In this document: positions 13,475 through 27,275 of the stretch, piece by piece
Layout of the letters: every line of letters starts with the position of its first letter
Numbering within the stretch: position 1 is the stretch's first letter
Assembly: GCA_965644265.1 (NCBI GenBank)
Contig: OZ286472.1
Location: forward strand, 44,330,001-44,394,000
Origin: Glycera tridactyla
Taxonomy: Eukaryota
Direction: 5' to 3'
DNA length: 64,000 nt
The notes under the pieces: model-generated
Told to the model about the DNA's origin: nothing
Database searches by the model: none
Seen by the model: the letters and a program-made list of their open reading frames with translations, nothing else
Translations under genes and position numbers: made by a program

Positions 13475-13552
13475 AGTAAGAAGTACCGGCGGGGTGTGAT
13501 CGGCGGAGGTGGGAAAAAACAAGCCGATCTCACCCCGCCGGTACTTCTTACT
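13475..13552. repeat. Near-perfect inverted repeat (30-bp stem, 18-nt loop)
   Basis: AGTAAGAAGTACCGGCGGGGTGTGATCGGC (13475-13504) matches the reverse complement of 13523-13552 at 29/30 positions. Confidence 0.95.
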
Positions 13553-13610
13553 TTTCTCTCACAACTATAACACCCTTGTTAATGAAGAAAGGTCGATTTT
13601 AGTGTGAAAT

Positions 13611-13613
<3 letters not shown>

Positions 13614-13641
<28 letters not shown>
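13614..13641. repeat. (AG)n microsatellite
   Basis: Direct reading. Confidence 0.95.
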
Positions 13642-16407
13642 GTCAACAAAGAGCCGCCGCTGACGCCGACGCACAGAGTAGCCGGTATAATTATTCACAA
13701 AAAGTGGTTACAAAATATATATTTTACAAGCCGTGAATGAATATATGCGAATCAGACTATTATGTCAGGCTGGCGAATAATATTTTTGAATTTTTGATCA
13801 AATTTGTATGTATATACCCATCGTATTTTGTTAGCAAATTGCTGAGATGAGCAAATACATTTGACGCCTGTTATAGAGTCCAGGGTGGCATTTATATAAA
13901 AGGCCGGCGATTGGCAATGTTCGTCACGCGCACGGAAATAACCGAGTGAGGGGTATGTGATCACTTTCACCGGGGTGTGATCGCGGTGAGAACACACACC
14001 CCTATCTTTCCCTCAAAATGGCTCTGGTCGTGAGAGAACATACAAGTCCGAATTCAAAATACAATCGAACCCGACCAGGAGACGATTTCTTTATACAAAT
14101 GGAGCCTGCCTAAAGAGGCTACTCTGGATGGTGGTCATGCTTTCTTCTAAACTGAAAAATCCTCCTATGAAGATCATCTGTCTACAAAGACGTCTGGCTG
14201 CTAATCTTCAGGTGCAGAACGTAAGTGAACTGAATGATACAGCAATGATTAGAGCCGATTTTCTATGAAATTCAGATGTGGCGAGGATAACAGAAAAGAA
14301 TGCCCTCGAGACCACTGATAATATCGGGGTATTTGGCAACGATCTGATGAGTTTGTCCAGCAACATATCGAGACAGTTTAAGGGTGCAGTAGCAATAGTT
14401 TTGCAACTCACTGTATCAGTGAAAGATTCCGTGGACGTACGTTTCGCAGTCTATATGAAGACCCAGACACGAATAATTCATATGAGGAAATCTGGATTGA
14501 CATAAATATTGCCAAGATTTTGGGATCAATTTTGGAACAATTTCGAAATTAATGATATGACCCACACCTTTCTTTTTGAAAATGTCTCTCTTGAAAATGT
14601 GTGGCTGTACTTCTCTCAATCGGATATATGAAATATATCAGATAGTTGAGTCTCGAACAAAGACTCGCTTATGCTTAGGGGTACACCAGGACTCATGTGT
14701 GATTACGTGACAGTAATGTTTATCATCTCACGATCTGTAGCGCGAGGACAGTGGATGTAGTAGCACTCATGACAAGTTATGATCTGGTGGGATAGTAATC
14801 TCATGGGAGAAATGGAAATGAATAAGCACAGCCACTAGCTAGTTCGTCAGGAGTCCTAATCCTTTCCGAAATGCAGAGGATGATAGCAGAAGGCTGAAAC
14901 TCAACAAAACAACAGGCCAAGCATGTGAGCACGCATGTGCAGACCATCAGCTGGATGGGATGCAGCATGGAGATGGTAGACGCCAGTATTGCCATCCTCT
15001 CATTTGCATCTCTGATTCCATTTGATCCTGAAGAGGGAAATGTCCGTTGCTTGGCACATTTCTTCCTTCCTTGAATAAATCATCCACACTCTCGACATTA
15101 GCCGGCCTATGTGTATTTTCTCTATTAGTCTACAGAAGCTCTATATGTCTATTCCGAATATATTATACTAAAGATGTCGGCCAGTCTATGGAAGTTTTAT
15201 GATCTTGGATACCAAACAGACATTTGGTCAGAGTTGATTTTTGATATAGGGATATGCACTGGTGTGACCGTATGGTCCGTAGTAAGTTATTTTGGCTTTG
15301 GTATTTTGCGAAATCAATGCAATGCGATGATTCCCTCTAGGACTTTCGATCCCTTCCCGGGACAGAAATATAAAGGCAAAATTGGTTTAGTTGGCTATCA
15401 GTGAGTATTCATTACATTAAAGCCATGTGATCATCACCAAACATCGTGAGCACAACTTATGTGGTGAGATTCTCAGTGTGCACTCATGCTACACAACATT
15501 CAATGCCATACATTTTCACCGGGGTATTTGACTGTATTGACACAAGGTGGTACTTGTAGGGAACTGACTTCCACTTCCTGTTTCTACCACTAGCATAGAA
15601 GTATGCGTGGAAGTGTTCTTCTGAAATCGATAAGATGAATCATATGTGTCCACAGAAATTCCATTGTTCACCTCATATGCATGAACTACAGTCAGTACAG
15701 AATCAGCTATTCAATCCTTCGATAACTTATGGATTTTCAACATCATAACTCAAATCGAAGATAAGTCCACCTGAATGAAAGGCGTAGTGTCATACCTTTT
15801 GAATCATTGATTGCTTTGGTCAGGTTATGAGGCGCAAAACAAGACAAACAATAATTTCCAATAGTTGCCACAAGGTGTCAGAAGGCACCACTCACCTTTA
15901 ATAATAGTTGCAGAGATCGAAGCAGTCGGAGTAGCTCTTGCGCTCTTCATACATACACAACCCAGTGCACATGGCTGACGCTCGCTCCTGATAATCCGTG
16001 CTGCAAACAAAGCACATCACCATTCATTTACATCTGATCTGCATATCTCCTCGTCTCATGAGATTTACATGATACATGCATAATCATCAATTTCATCATC
16101 TACTCGCGAGTGGCTGTGATATTTGAGAATAGGATGAGTGTGAATATCCATCTAGATGTACAGACTTCCGTCTATTTGAAAAGGCTCACGTATTAGAATA
16201 TTCATATCACTTCTCGACAAAGTCCAAATTTAGAGTGTATAGACGATTAAATTACAGAATACAGCTTGTGATTTTCAGAGCGATGACTGACAGGCAGGCA
16301 AAGGTCAAGGGTGAGGATACTATCCAGCATCAGCGTAGAATTTAATGGAGTTAGAATTCGCCTGGTATAAGTGTTCTCATTTCATTCAGATGACACACTC
16401 ATATCTG

Positions 16408-16427
16408 TATATATATATATATATATA
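16408..16427. repeat. (AT)n microsatellite
   Basis: Direct reading. Confidence 0.9.
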
Positions 16428-16819
16428 AAAGTTATATTTTTCTTTACCATTTTGGTTGTTTTGTCATACTGACTCTCTCTTGTGTAAATTCTGTATATTC
16501 AAACCAGCGCAATAAAACATTCTGACGTCTGACAAGTTTTATATTTTACTACTCAATGTGAGGTGATTTGATGATCAGTGTCAAGTCAGATTCATGATAG
16601 TGTAATGGACCTTGAAGTAGATGTCTAGAGATTCATCTATCTCTGTTCACTCTGCCATGTGCCCAGGATACACTGATATCAGCATCCAATCTCATAATTT
16701 TATACTCCTTTTATCTTTCATGAAAGTCCAATCGAAAAATCAAAATTCAACAGTGAAACAGGGGACCATGTGATGACATGCAGTAGAGCATGATTAGCAT
16801 TGGACAGGTGGGACTGAAC

Positions 16820-16888
16820 GGGTCTGCATGGTGATTCCCCATTTGGTGTTGACGTGACGTTAAACCACAACCAACCAACCAACCAACC
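16820..16888 (+). mobile_element. Probable SINE/LINE 3' end with (AACC)n tail
   Basis: ...GACGTGACGTTAAACCAC followed by (AACC)5. Short tandem-repeat tails are typical of SINE and L2/CR1-clade 3' ends; family assignment is from resemblance only. Confidence 0.4.
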
Positions 16889-18338
16889 CTATCATATTGA
16901 ATATGATTTTAAAGTCAGATATACCTTATGAACTACACAGTCTGTGAACCACGATATTTACATTCATGTTGATGATTTATCTAGGGCATCTTCTCCGTGT
17001 TTAAAGGTGCAGGGAAAATGCCCTTGGGGAGGAAAGGTAGATATCGTATCAGAATTCTGGTATCGTCTTTCAATTTCGGAATCAGTAGCGTACACTATTT
17101 TGAGTCTATTACATGATATATACTGGAGATCTGATGATAGATGCGATTGGAACCGTGTTGGGGTGTCTCCAAGCATGTGTTCGAATTTCCAGATCAAAGT
17201 CAGGTTCCAGAAGGCGAATCGGTATATTCCCCGAGAGAATGTTTTGTGACCTGAAGCCGAAATGCTCAATCGGAGCCCAAATATCTGAGAATTGATTCAA
17301 TCTCTTCTACCGGATGACACGACTCGCGCACTTCTATCTGTGGCACAGGATATGTTTAAGTAAGCATTGGGTTCAGGTCTGAATACAACATTGATCCTTT
17401 TTTGCTGGGGCAAGTACAATTCTCAAGTGGGACTGAAGTTGGGAGTGCTATTTCAGACCGGTGCTGATTGTCAAGGAGAACACTAATCCTCTTTTACATT
17501 AATTGTTTGCCATTTTCTCGAGCGTCTTGTTCCAGCGTCATGAAGCCTAGGCGAGTGCCTAGCATTGCTGTCTTGGGAAATCATTTCTCTAACTTGCATA
17601 GCTTGACAAAGCAACTAAGTCAACAGAAGCCTCGCTGGCGCGTCCCACCCCTTTCTCGCAACTGCAGACATGATTAAGTAGAAATGGTGGAGCTCAGAAG
17701 ATGGAACAGCCGGGATATGGCTGCACGGGAGACCGCTGGAAGGCAGGTACAGATGTAGTGAGGACGGGCAATTCTCTGGCTGAAATTGAGATTGAATCGC
17801 CTCGTCCTCAGATAAGGATCATACCATCGTATCCAGGAATCACTATCGATTTGAAATGATTTGGATTCCAGAAATTCCTCTCGACCAGCTAGTGATCATT
17901 TGTTGACTTCAAACAAACACACAAAAAAGAATTGGCTCTACAATTCGGAAGTCCATGTTTCTCATCACGGATCTCGAATTTTCATTATTTTTGAAATCAA
18001 ACAGGATTACGCCAATTTTGCATCCTGTTTTCTGAAAATGAAAGATGAATTCAGATCAGGATCGAATAAGATTTTGGTAAATGATCTGGCCCAAATAGCC
18101 GAAAATCGGTCGAGATGTTGTAAATGTCATATAAAGACTTCTACACGCCACAAGAGAGGGTCAAGTTGGGGAGGTAGCATGGGTTATGGAGAAAAAATAA
18201 AGGCCTGCAGGACAAAACTTTGAACAAGATGTTTCCCTTATTTTGTCGTTTTTAATGAAACACTCGGTCTTTTTACATGCTACCTAGAACCCGATCAATT
18301 GCAACATTACTCAGTGCATAGACATAGATATAGAGTAG

Positions 18339-18340
<2 letters not shown>

Positions 18341-18395
<55 letters not shown>
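18341..18395. repeat. (AT)n microsatellite (~27 units)
   Basis: Direct reading. Confidence 0.97.
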
Positions 18396-18398
<3 letters not shown>

Positions 18399-21300
18399 TT
18401 TCATTCCATCTGCTTTGTAAACACATATAATTGTAAATGTTGCGCCCTGGGATTTGTTACACATATGACTACTTATACATTCACCATATTACACCAAATC
18501 CCATATACACATGTACATACAACACAATTGCATGACGCTAACTACATGTTCACGTCACTTCATGTATATAAACCCATGCGAACATGCATGCTGTTAGTCG
18601 ATTTATCAAAAAAAAGGAGGATGCAAATATTATGGACAAATATAATGAGCAACGATCATAATACCAGTACAGGCAAATCATGAATAGAATTTCTCTCCGC
18701 GGCAACCTCATTGAATAGACCACTGCGGTACATACATTGTGATCTCTCAAAATCAAAGACGTCACAATCGAAGGTGATACCTGAATTCACGTCTGTATCA
18801 GCGCATGTCCATAATGAAACTATGGTAGCGTACCTGATGAAGTGCCCCCTGAAATGGTCGAGTGAATGGTCAATCCAGCTCATTCCCGGGCATCTAGATG
18901 GCTATTTGAGTAATGAATAAGGTCGACCAGATATCTTTGAACCACGAAAGCACGTGTAGTGAAAACCGAGGTATCGTGATCATTCGGAACTCATTTGGAA
19001 AGTATTTGTCATTATTCGTAAAATATAATCTCACATATCAAGAGATTATTGGTAGTAATCCCATAAGATTTAGCGAAGAAACCTGCACAGCTGATCCCAT
19101 CCTCATCATGATATGTATCAGAACTATGGTGCCAATAAAAATAAACCAGTGCACACTCGCAATTTTGGTATTATGGAGACAAGAGCCTATATCTTGGAAG
19201 GGCCCCAAGGGTTTGTTGATGTTGCTGTTCAAGCAAGCTTCTTCAAGGAGCATGATCTACAGAGTCCATGAGATTGATGTGAATGCACACCATTCTCCTT
19301 ATTTTGCTAGCAATGTGGAGGGTAATCTAGAGAAAGTGTGGTTCCTATAGTTCAAAGTATATGTAATCGTCATGCCTAGTGAAACAGTCTCTCAGTGCCA
19401 CCGGAAGTCCTCCTGAACTGCTTCCTACATGTTGATAACATGGACGCTCGGATCTTAGTAACATGACCCGGAAGGGAAATCAAACCTGTTTGCATTGATC
19501 GTATTAGGAAATGGAGAAAATGGAGGACGAAAAAGGAGAGAGAAATCACCAAGCTAGGCCAACTTGCTACGCTTTTCGTTATGCTTGGACATGACGAGGA
19601 CATGAAATATGAAGGCGATTAGGAGCATACTACATTCCCACAAGGGATTCGATGCTGGGCTGGGAATCTCGAGAATTTGTGATTGAGAACGAAAAAAACT
19701 TCCTTTGAGCCGAACAGATCCTTTTCAATGTGTGATCCTAAACCATACCTGAATGATGAATCCTGGGGAAATGACATAACCAGTCTGTTGTCATGGAAAT
19801 AATGGTTTAATCATGATTCATCGGAAGAGAAATATTTTGAAGGGGGGCTGAGCAAATTTGAAGTGCTAGTAATGTAGATTTTAGAGGGTGCTTGAGCAGA
19901 CAACCATTAGTGTTCGCATTATCGTGAGTGTTGAAGAATAATGGATTCTTTCCGAATGAAATCCAATTGGGAGTTGGCACTTGACAGCAACATTTGAGGA
20001 ACAGACATACAGTGAGTTAGTTGAACACTACGTGCATTTTTAATACAATAGGAAGTTCTGGAGCATCACTGTTCCGAAGATTTCGGATACGGAACGAAAG
20101 AAGAAAAACCCGGTAAGCATCCAGGATAATTACTATTACAACACTCTACCACATGCAGCATAGAAGGTCAAAGGTAATCTGAGAATAACATTAGCTACAG
20201 GAAAATCTGACTCGTAAGGTTGACGTGTGGGTAGGTTAGATGTACAGCACAAATGAGTTGTCACTCAAATACCATGTTCACATCAAAAGCCAAGGAAGTG
20301 ATGCTACCGTATATGAGATGGTCTATCTAGGATTGTATTCTGTGCCCACTGGAGGCCGAGAAGGGGGTTGCCGTGTGTATTTGATGTTTGTTAGGTTCGA
20401 GATGGAGCGCCTGTGTCGCAAACACATTACCCTTCTCGCTCGTGAAGGATACAAATGCTGAAACATGCTGCCAGGTCTCTGGAAAGCACTATCTCCTCAA
20501 TGCAGCATCACAAAAACACGAAGGATGTATGGCTGGAATTTGAATATATAATTATGTCGATTTGGATCTTGAAGCTATCTATTATGATGAAGGCGGGTGT
20601 GATGTGTTCGATGAACAATATGAGATTCATACACATATGAATGGCTAAATCGCCCAAGCATACCTCGTACTACAGAAAACGACTTTTGTTGACTGTTTAA
20701 AGATCCTAGTTATCTCATCTACTAATGACACCGACCACCTACATTCTTATCAAATCATGAAAGCTTGAAGATGTTCCAGGAACACATGAATCTCGCCCCT
20801 GCCTAGTGAACTTTCAAATGAATCTGCATTGGTTTGACTAGGATGAAATGTTTGACTCCCCTTATCTCGAGCATGATTCGATGAGTGTTTGCTCCCTTCA
20901 GAACTCTGACATATCAGTGTGGCTAGCCATGAAAAATTATTGCCGCGAGTAATAATCACATCTGGTACGTGTTACCTGCGAGATGGATACTGTCGTTTAT
21001 TGATATATGCATGCATGTCACAATATATGTATACATACAATATGCCACAAATGTGAATACATTTTGTAAAGGAGACAGTCCATGCCCATCACACACAAAC
21101 AGTCCCGAGAAGAGAATCACAGGCAATACGTGATATAATCATTCAATCTAAATATACATATAAATCGATATTCAATACACACCGACATCCGGAATATTCT
21201 GGTCAAATATTGGCAGACATGTCTGCCTGATTATCAGTCAGTTAACCCCCTTTATATGTCTCTGAATGTCTGTCTGAGTGTCTATCTGGCTGTTGGCTTA

Positions 21301-21411
21301 CTACCTATCAGCATATCTGTATCTGTATTTGTGTCTGTCTCTGACTGGCTTTCAAGCCGGCTCGCTGGCCGGACCACAGGTTGGCGTGCTATCTATCACT
21401 TTCCTTATGGC

Positions 21412-21591
21412 NNNNNNNNNNNNNNNNNNNNNNNNNNNNNNNNNNNNNNNNNNNNNNNNNNNNNNNNNNNNNNNNNNNNNNNNNNNNNNNNNNNNNNNNN
21501 NNNNNNNNNNNNNNNNNNNNNNNNNNNNNNNNNNNNNNNNNNNNNNNNNNNNNNNNNNNNNNNNNNNNNNNNNNNNNNNNNNNNNNNNNNN
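21412..21591. other. Assembly gap (180 N)
   Basis: N run; left flank is degenerate (CTGT)-like low-complexity sequence. Confidence 1.
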
Positions 21592-23342
21592 TCTCTATCT
21601 TCAATACAGACTACCTAGGTCAGTGGTCCATCATTGTCCAGGGTGGATGCTCAGATTTCACAGGTACAACAGTAGGAACAATTCACACACTCTACAAACC
21701 GACCCACTGATATTTCGAAATCAATGGCACTGCACTCACAACAAAAGCCAGACGTTCATTCCAGAAAAAAAAAACATTGTGGGGATCAAATCTCTACTAT
21801 ACCCTGTTTGCAATATGGAAATTCACAAGGGATTCCATGCAATTCCAAGTACTATTTGTGTCTCTCGGTGTCATATATCGGAGAGAAATAGCGCAATGCT
21901 ACTATGATTTAGTATTGTTGAGTATGTTTATTGAGGAGGACGGAAACCAAAACGAACACAATGGTAGAAATTTCACTGGATCTAACATTTGCATCATATT
22001 GTCCCAGTACCAGCCATGTGGATTGCTCAGTAATCGCTATGTGACGCTACAGAATGCATTGCAAACAGGGTATAGACGGATATCAATCACATATTGTATC
22101 CTTCTTTGATCTCACGTGGATACACGTATGAGCTAGCCCAGTGATAGCATTAGCATCTACATGTCTACTGCCGAGATGTGGTGAACGTGCAAAATCAATC
22201 CGCTAGTAACGCGTGCAAAATGGCTCTAAACAATCAAGCCCAACCTTGTAACTACACATGTTGGAACATGGACGGCACCCGCGGACTTAGTGCAAGAACA
22301 ACAGGAGCTCATTGTGAAATGGTATGAACATATGTCAGTTTAAAGGCACACCATAATCATGCCAACTCACGGAATGTTATTACAGACTGGCACGTGTTCG
22401 AACATTGCTTTAATGATACTCCTGTTGTTTTTGCAGCCTCACAATAAGGCACACGGGCGTCACATCAACGCACGATGCAGATCCAACAGAACTGGGACTG
22501 GGAACTAATACAGAATGCAGACGGTTCTAAATCAGAGAAGAACTGAATCAGATGTCCTGGCAGGAGCGTGCGGTACAGAGTTGCACCCATATTTGATTTG
22601 GAACAGGTTACTTAGACTGACGGGGCATTTACTGGAAATGTGGACGACATCAAAGTCGGTACGAATGTCCATAGTGAAATATGGCGCTTGTTGCCGTTAT
22701 CGGACTCTGGGGATCACTAGCTGTAGCTTTTATATCACAGAAGTCGTCTTTGAAATGTTAGGAGAAATATGGTTGCCGGTCACACATAAACTACCTTTTG
22801 AAATCGCAGGAAACAGACAGGCGACCCACTGTCAGTCTGTGAGATTCAAATGTATTCCCTCGCCTTGCGTAACGTTTCAGATCTTCATATAGACATATTG
22901 CCTCTGAATACATCTCTCTTGATTTGATAAAGACATCTAGAATTTCAGCAGCAATGATGCAGGACATACCCAAGTGCCCAGATATCTCAATTGCACGAAA
23001 AGTCTGAGGACATGTCCTGGTCTAACCAAAGAAGCTTTCCATGTGTCCTGATCATAAGCAATATGACAGTATCATGGACTGTATCAATCATATGGCACTC
23101 AAGCAATTACATCTATTACCTCGTGTTATACCTTATTTTTAAAGCACAGGTCGGAGCAGTTGCATTACTGTAAATACATCCCTTGAGCTACAGAAAATAG
23201 CCTTCCAGAGAAAAATTTATAACAACTTTCATCAGTTTTTGCTAAATCTCCGCGCGGTGCAACTGAAAGAGGTTGATACCTCGTATAGGACACAAAATGA
23301 TGTACAGCCCGTTAATCCCAGGAGAGCGTCTGATTCTATTCT

Positions 23343-23494
23343 GCGGCTGAGACGCATTTCACAGAGTGTACACGTTTTCAGGATTGGACGAGACACTGCT
23401 AGTGGTTGCGGTCTACCCCACAATGCCTGAGCAACTAGAGCTTTTTCTCCAATTTTGAAAGCATGTACACTTTGGTGAGATGAGTCCCATTGGC
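23343..23494. repeat. Old imperfect inverted repeat (~46-bp arms, ~60-bp spacer)
   Basis: GCGGCTGAGACGCATTTCACAGAGTGTACACGTTTTCAGGATTGGA versus reverse complement of 23448-23494, GCCAATGGGACTCATCTCACCAAAGTGTACATGCTTTCAAAATTGGA. Confidence 0.6.
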
Positions 23495-26419
23495 CTGATT
23501 GTGAACAGCCGATTGGAGATGGATTGAGATGCATTCAGGAGAAAGATCTATTACCTTCGTTTGCGTCTGTGGATCGCTCCACACTCCGCATCCGGGCTGT
23601 CAGGGTTGCACGAGGTACTGCAAGAGAAGCGAATTACAGGGATGTCATCACAGTATTGCACTCTCGGCGCCTCTCTCTCTCTCTCTTTCTCTCCACGTGT
23701 TTACAGTCACGTGGCTGCCTACCAGTTTCATCCTAGACCGAACAACGGCACTCTCTTGACGAGTGTGGGCACTCGAGGACATCCCCAATCCAGCTGGGTG
23801 ATATCCATAGTCATGCCTCAAACGGAGTACCATCTGACACATTTAGGTCCATTATATAACGCAGACACCCATTTTGGTTGCGCCAATCTGCACCAATGGC
23901 AGATGGCCAGGAGGAAAAGAAGGGACAGACAAATTAAAGACAGAAGAGATTTTGAATACCTATTCCTGAAAGAAACTACTATATCGAGAATGGAAAACAA
24001 ACTAAAAAAGATAGAGCGACTCAATTACTGGATAGTGGTAGGCCATAATCTCAAAATAAAGCGTTTTTGTACTTGTCAAACGTTATATAGTGGTGATGAC
24101 TATTGCTCAGATCCTATTCCGAGTCAATAATCATGTGGTCCAAACAGACAGTTGTAGATATGGAACATATAACATAGTTCTAGAAAGCAAAAAAAATGGG
24201 TCTGCCGAAAGCAAAATAACACAGTGAAGAGAACGATAGGGAAGACGAGGAGGAGCTGCAGCCACGTACAATGTGTGAGGACATCCCATAATACACCCCT
24301 TTAACTGCAGTAACTCTAGTGGTTCGCATGCGCCTAGAAGCAGGCTTATATACCTATCTACAGCATGCTGCATCATGATGCTAAATTAGTCTGCTCAGTT
24401 ACTGTCTGACCACCAAAAATGACAAACTACACATCGCAATATCATTTCTTCTCTGTTCATATGTTCATCTTCTTCATATGTCCATCATGTTCGATTGCGG
24501 CTCGAATTAATGGACGTAGCTTTGTGTTATCACCCACAAGCTTTGTCCATTTTTGTGACAATCCAAAGATAAAATCAATTACAGATATGAGCAATGATTC
24601 ATCGTGTACATGCAATTTAGAATAATATTTTCAAGCGGGGGCAAAGCATTGTCATTGGATTTTTATTATAGTGTGACATAACGATGGTGATATATCGGCC
24701 ATACAGATGTAGGTGTGTTGCCAAAAGTAGAAAACATAAGTATACATTTTCCCTAAATCTGAGTAGCACTTGGTATCGGACATTATGTGAGCACCTATCA
24801 TATGAAATGATTATCAGAGATGGTTGGGCAGGAGAGTATTCTCCTTACTCATATGTACAGCCCCATCCATCATTAAAGAGGGTGCATAACAGCTGAATAT
24901 AATCCAATATTTCGTATTGTCGTATCTGTTCTCAATGTAACATTAACCTCTGTTCGAAAAATCTTTAAGCAGAAACCCTCCTCAGTTGGTTACGCCGCAG
25001 TAAGTGAACATATGCACGGATAGATATGACGAACAGTAAGAGGTAACACACGTACATACAAACATTATCATGACGCGATGACGTCATGCCTGGACAATTA
25101 TATTGAAATATATCCCAACTTCCCAAGGAAGCGACTTTTCATGGTGTCTCTTCTGAAGACAAAATACATGGATGGTGATAGAAAGTATATTTCAATATGA
25201 TTACATATAATCTCAAACATAGATGAACTGCTCATTGCCTGATATTAAATATTATTCTACTGTGATCTAAGAAGGACCTGAAAACTGTCTACACCATCTG
25301 AACTAAATGATGAATGACCTCTATTCAGGTGGTTGGGTAGGAAGTTGGTACCAAGTTCTCTATTGGGTGGACATTCTCTGTAACACTATAATCCCTTTTG
25401 CTTAGCGTTCCACAGCTTGACAGGGGACATACAGGAGCTCCATGAAGTAATCATTTTCATATGCAAGTACAATAGACCTTACCATGTTGCTCGGGCTCAT
25501 ATGGTACGTTTGATCAGAGCGACTCGCCAACAAATGACAATAATTGTTACCTCGAATCCCAAATGAATGAATGCCATAGCGATCGAGAAGTTCACAACCT
25601 ATGGGAAATATGGTGATGTGAGACGGCTATCTGTGATTGTCCTGCTGAATACAATGAGCTCCGAGTAGTGAATGACAGCAACTCTTCGGCCCGATTGTCG
25701 AGGCAAATGATGAAAGGAGCATACGCACTCAATACTACGATTTCCCCACATTATATTCACTTTGCTGTAGCATCGAAACAAATGGACACGCTGTTGCTCA
25801 TCTGTCGATTTCAACTCCGGATATATGAAGGCCCAATATGTTCTGTGTCCTACCTCGAATGCTGGGTATCGTGACAGCAAGAATATATGGCTATCGGGAA
25901 AGGTGAAGAGGATTATCGAATGCTGATCGTGTCAACAATTTCATAATTTGATACCCATTTTTATTCGTTCATGTACATGGAGGGAAATATATCTTACTTG
26001 ATATTTGGAAGTTCAAATAATTTTTTTCACATAGACCAATGATTCAGCATCTAATACATTCTCAAAAGTTCCCAGGATCGATGTACACTCTCTCCTGTCA
26101 ATTTTTCACGTCGCCAAATCTCAATCATAGATTCAAAGGCAGAATTCCTCCAACAAATCGTGTGGAGGTTTGCTCGGTGCGGTGAAGCGGAAGGGGCGGA
26201 AGAAATTCATCCGGCTGAATTACGTAGCCTGGTGATGCCGATTGTGTAGCTGGGGCTAAGTCATTCGTATTATGTTGCATTTCTCATGTTGGTATTGTTG
26301 TTGGTGATGCTGTCGGTGGAACATAGAGGTTGTGCTCGATGTAGTGGTGGTGGAGGAGGTGATGCATCGTGAAATTTAGTGATTGTGTGGTGGTAATATT
26401 CTTGGAACAACTAATGTGG

Positions 26420-26486
26420 GCAGTAGTGGTGGTGAAGGGGATGGTGGTGGTGGTAGTGTGGGGGGGGGGGGTGTAGGTGGTGATGC

Positions 26487-26527
<41 letters not shown>

Positions 26528-26540
26528 ATTATGATGATGT
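26420..26540. repeat. Compound (GGT)n / poly-G / (GCT)n / (GAT)n tract
   Basis: Direct reading. Confidence 0.9.
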
Positions 26541-26675
26541 GATGGTTTTTTGTAGTACTAACTATGCCAAGCGTTCCATGCCTTTCGTGGCTCAGTGATG
26601 GTGATACCAGTGTTGGCGATGTTACGGCTACTGAATTGAGACTTTAAACACATTATCACTCAGTTTCTCTATCGA

Positions 26676-26800
26676 CATGTCTGCCTATCTGCCTGATTAT
26701 CTGTCTGTCTGTTGCACTTCCTGCATATTTTCCTGCCTGCCCGCCCACTCGTCTGTCTGTCTGTACGTTTGTAGGACTGCCTGTTTGTTCGCCTGTCCGC
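26676..26800. repeat. Degenerate (CTGT/CCTG)n low-complexity tract
   Basis: Direct reading. Confidence 0.6.
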
Positions 26801-27275
26801 TTCTTTCATCTAGACATCAACTGGTATTTAAGAGAAGAACATTGATATATCATCACACCCATGCCTATTGTTGTGCATTTTTCAGTTTCATGTATCAAGT
26901 CACAGATTGATGCTAGTAGCGGCCTTGTCTACTGGAAGTGTGGCTTTCCTAATAGAAGAGCATGTCTTTTATGCCTTTGCTTCTAGGACCTCCTTCGCAA
27001 TATTGATCGAGGATCTTTATCACAGCCAATGTGAAAACAATTCAAGCAATGTCAACATTTTCTACTTAAAGCTGGCTCCTAGGCCCGGCACACTGCATCA
27101 TTCGAGTCGTTTAGGGACGGAAAACGCTGGTAACCTGATGCCACGCCTGCTTTCTTCAGCTCACTTCCTCCTCATTTAACTAAGGTTCAATCACTCAGAA
27201 AGCCAACCATTCCTGTCCACAAGTGCCCCATACAAAATGAAACACGGTATCGATCAAACGGTATCGATCCTTTTA

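Larger units (their letters stand above)
13475..14000. mobile_element. Probable non-autonomous DNA element (hairpin + (AG)n + GC-rich blocks + second hairpin); class unresolved, boundaries approximate
   Basis: Long hairpin; (AG)14 at 13614-13641; GCCGCCGCTGACGCCGACGC block; CGGGGTGTGATCG recurs at 13971-13983 inside a small hairpin at 13967-13989. Confidence 0.4.

Noticed and set aside
21256-21907. Long ORFs spanning N runs (also 30536-31266, 47578-47888, 57727-58179, 59455-59823, 62208-62504, 63265-63990)
   Set aside because: Their length comes from unknown bases
23561-24130. 189-aa plus ORF as a gene
   Set aside because: Crosses a (CT)n tract, starts at a non-ATG codon, and has no recognisable domain
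24300-24385. GPCR DRY-like motif (HAVDRYISL, minus strand)
   Set aside because: A stop lies just upstream, TM3 spacing does not fit, and no further transmembrane helices follow in frame
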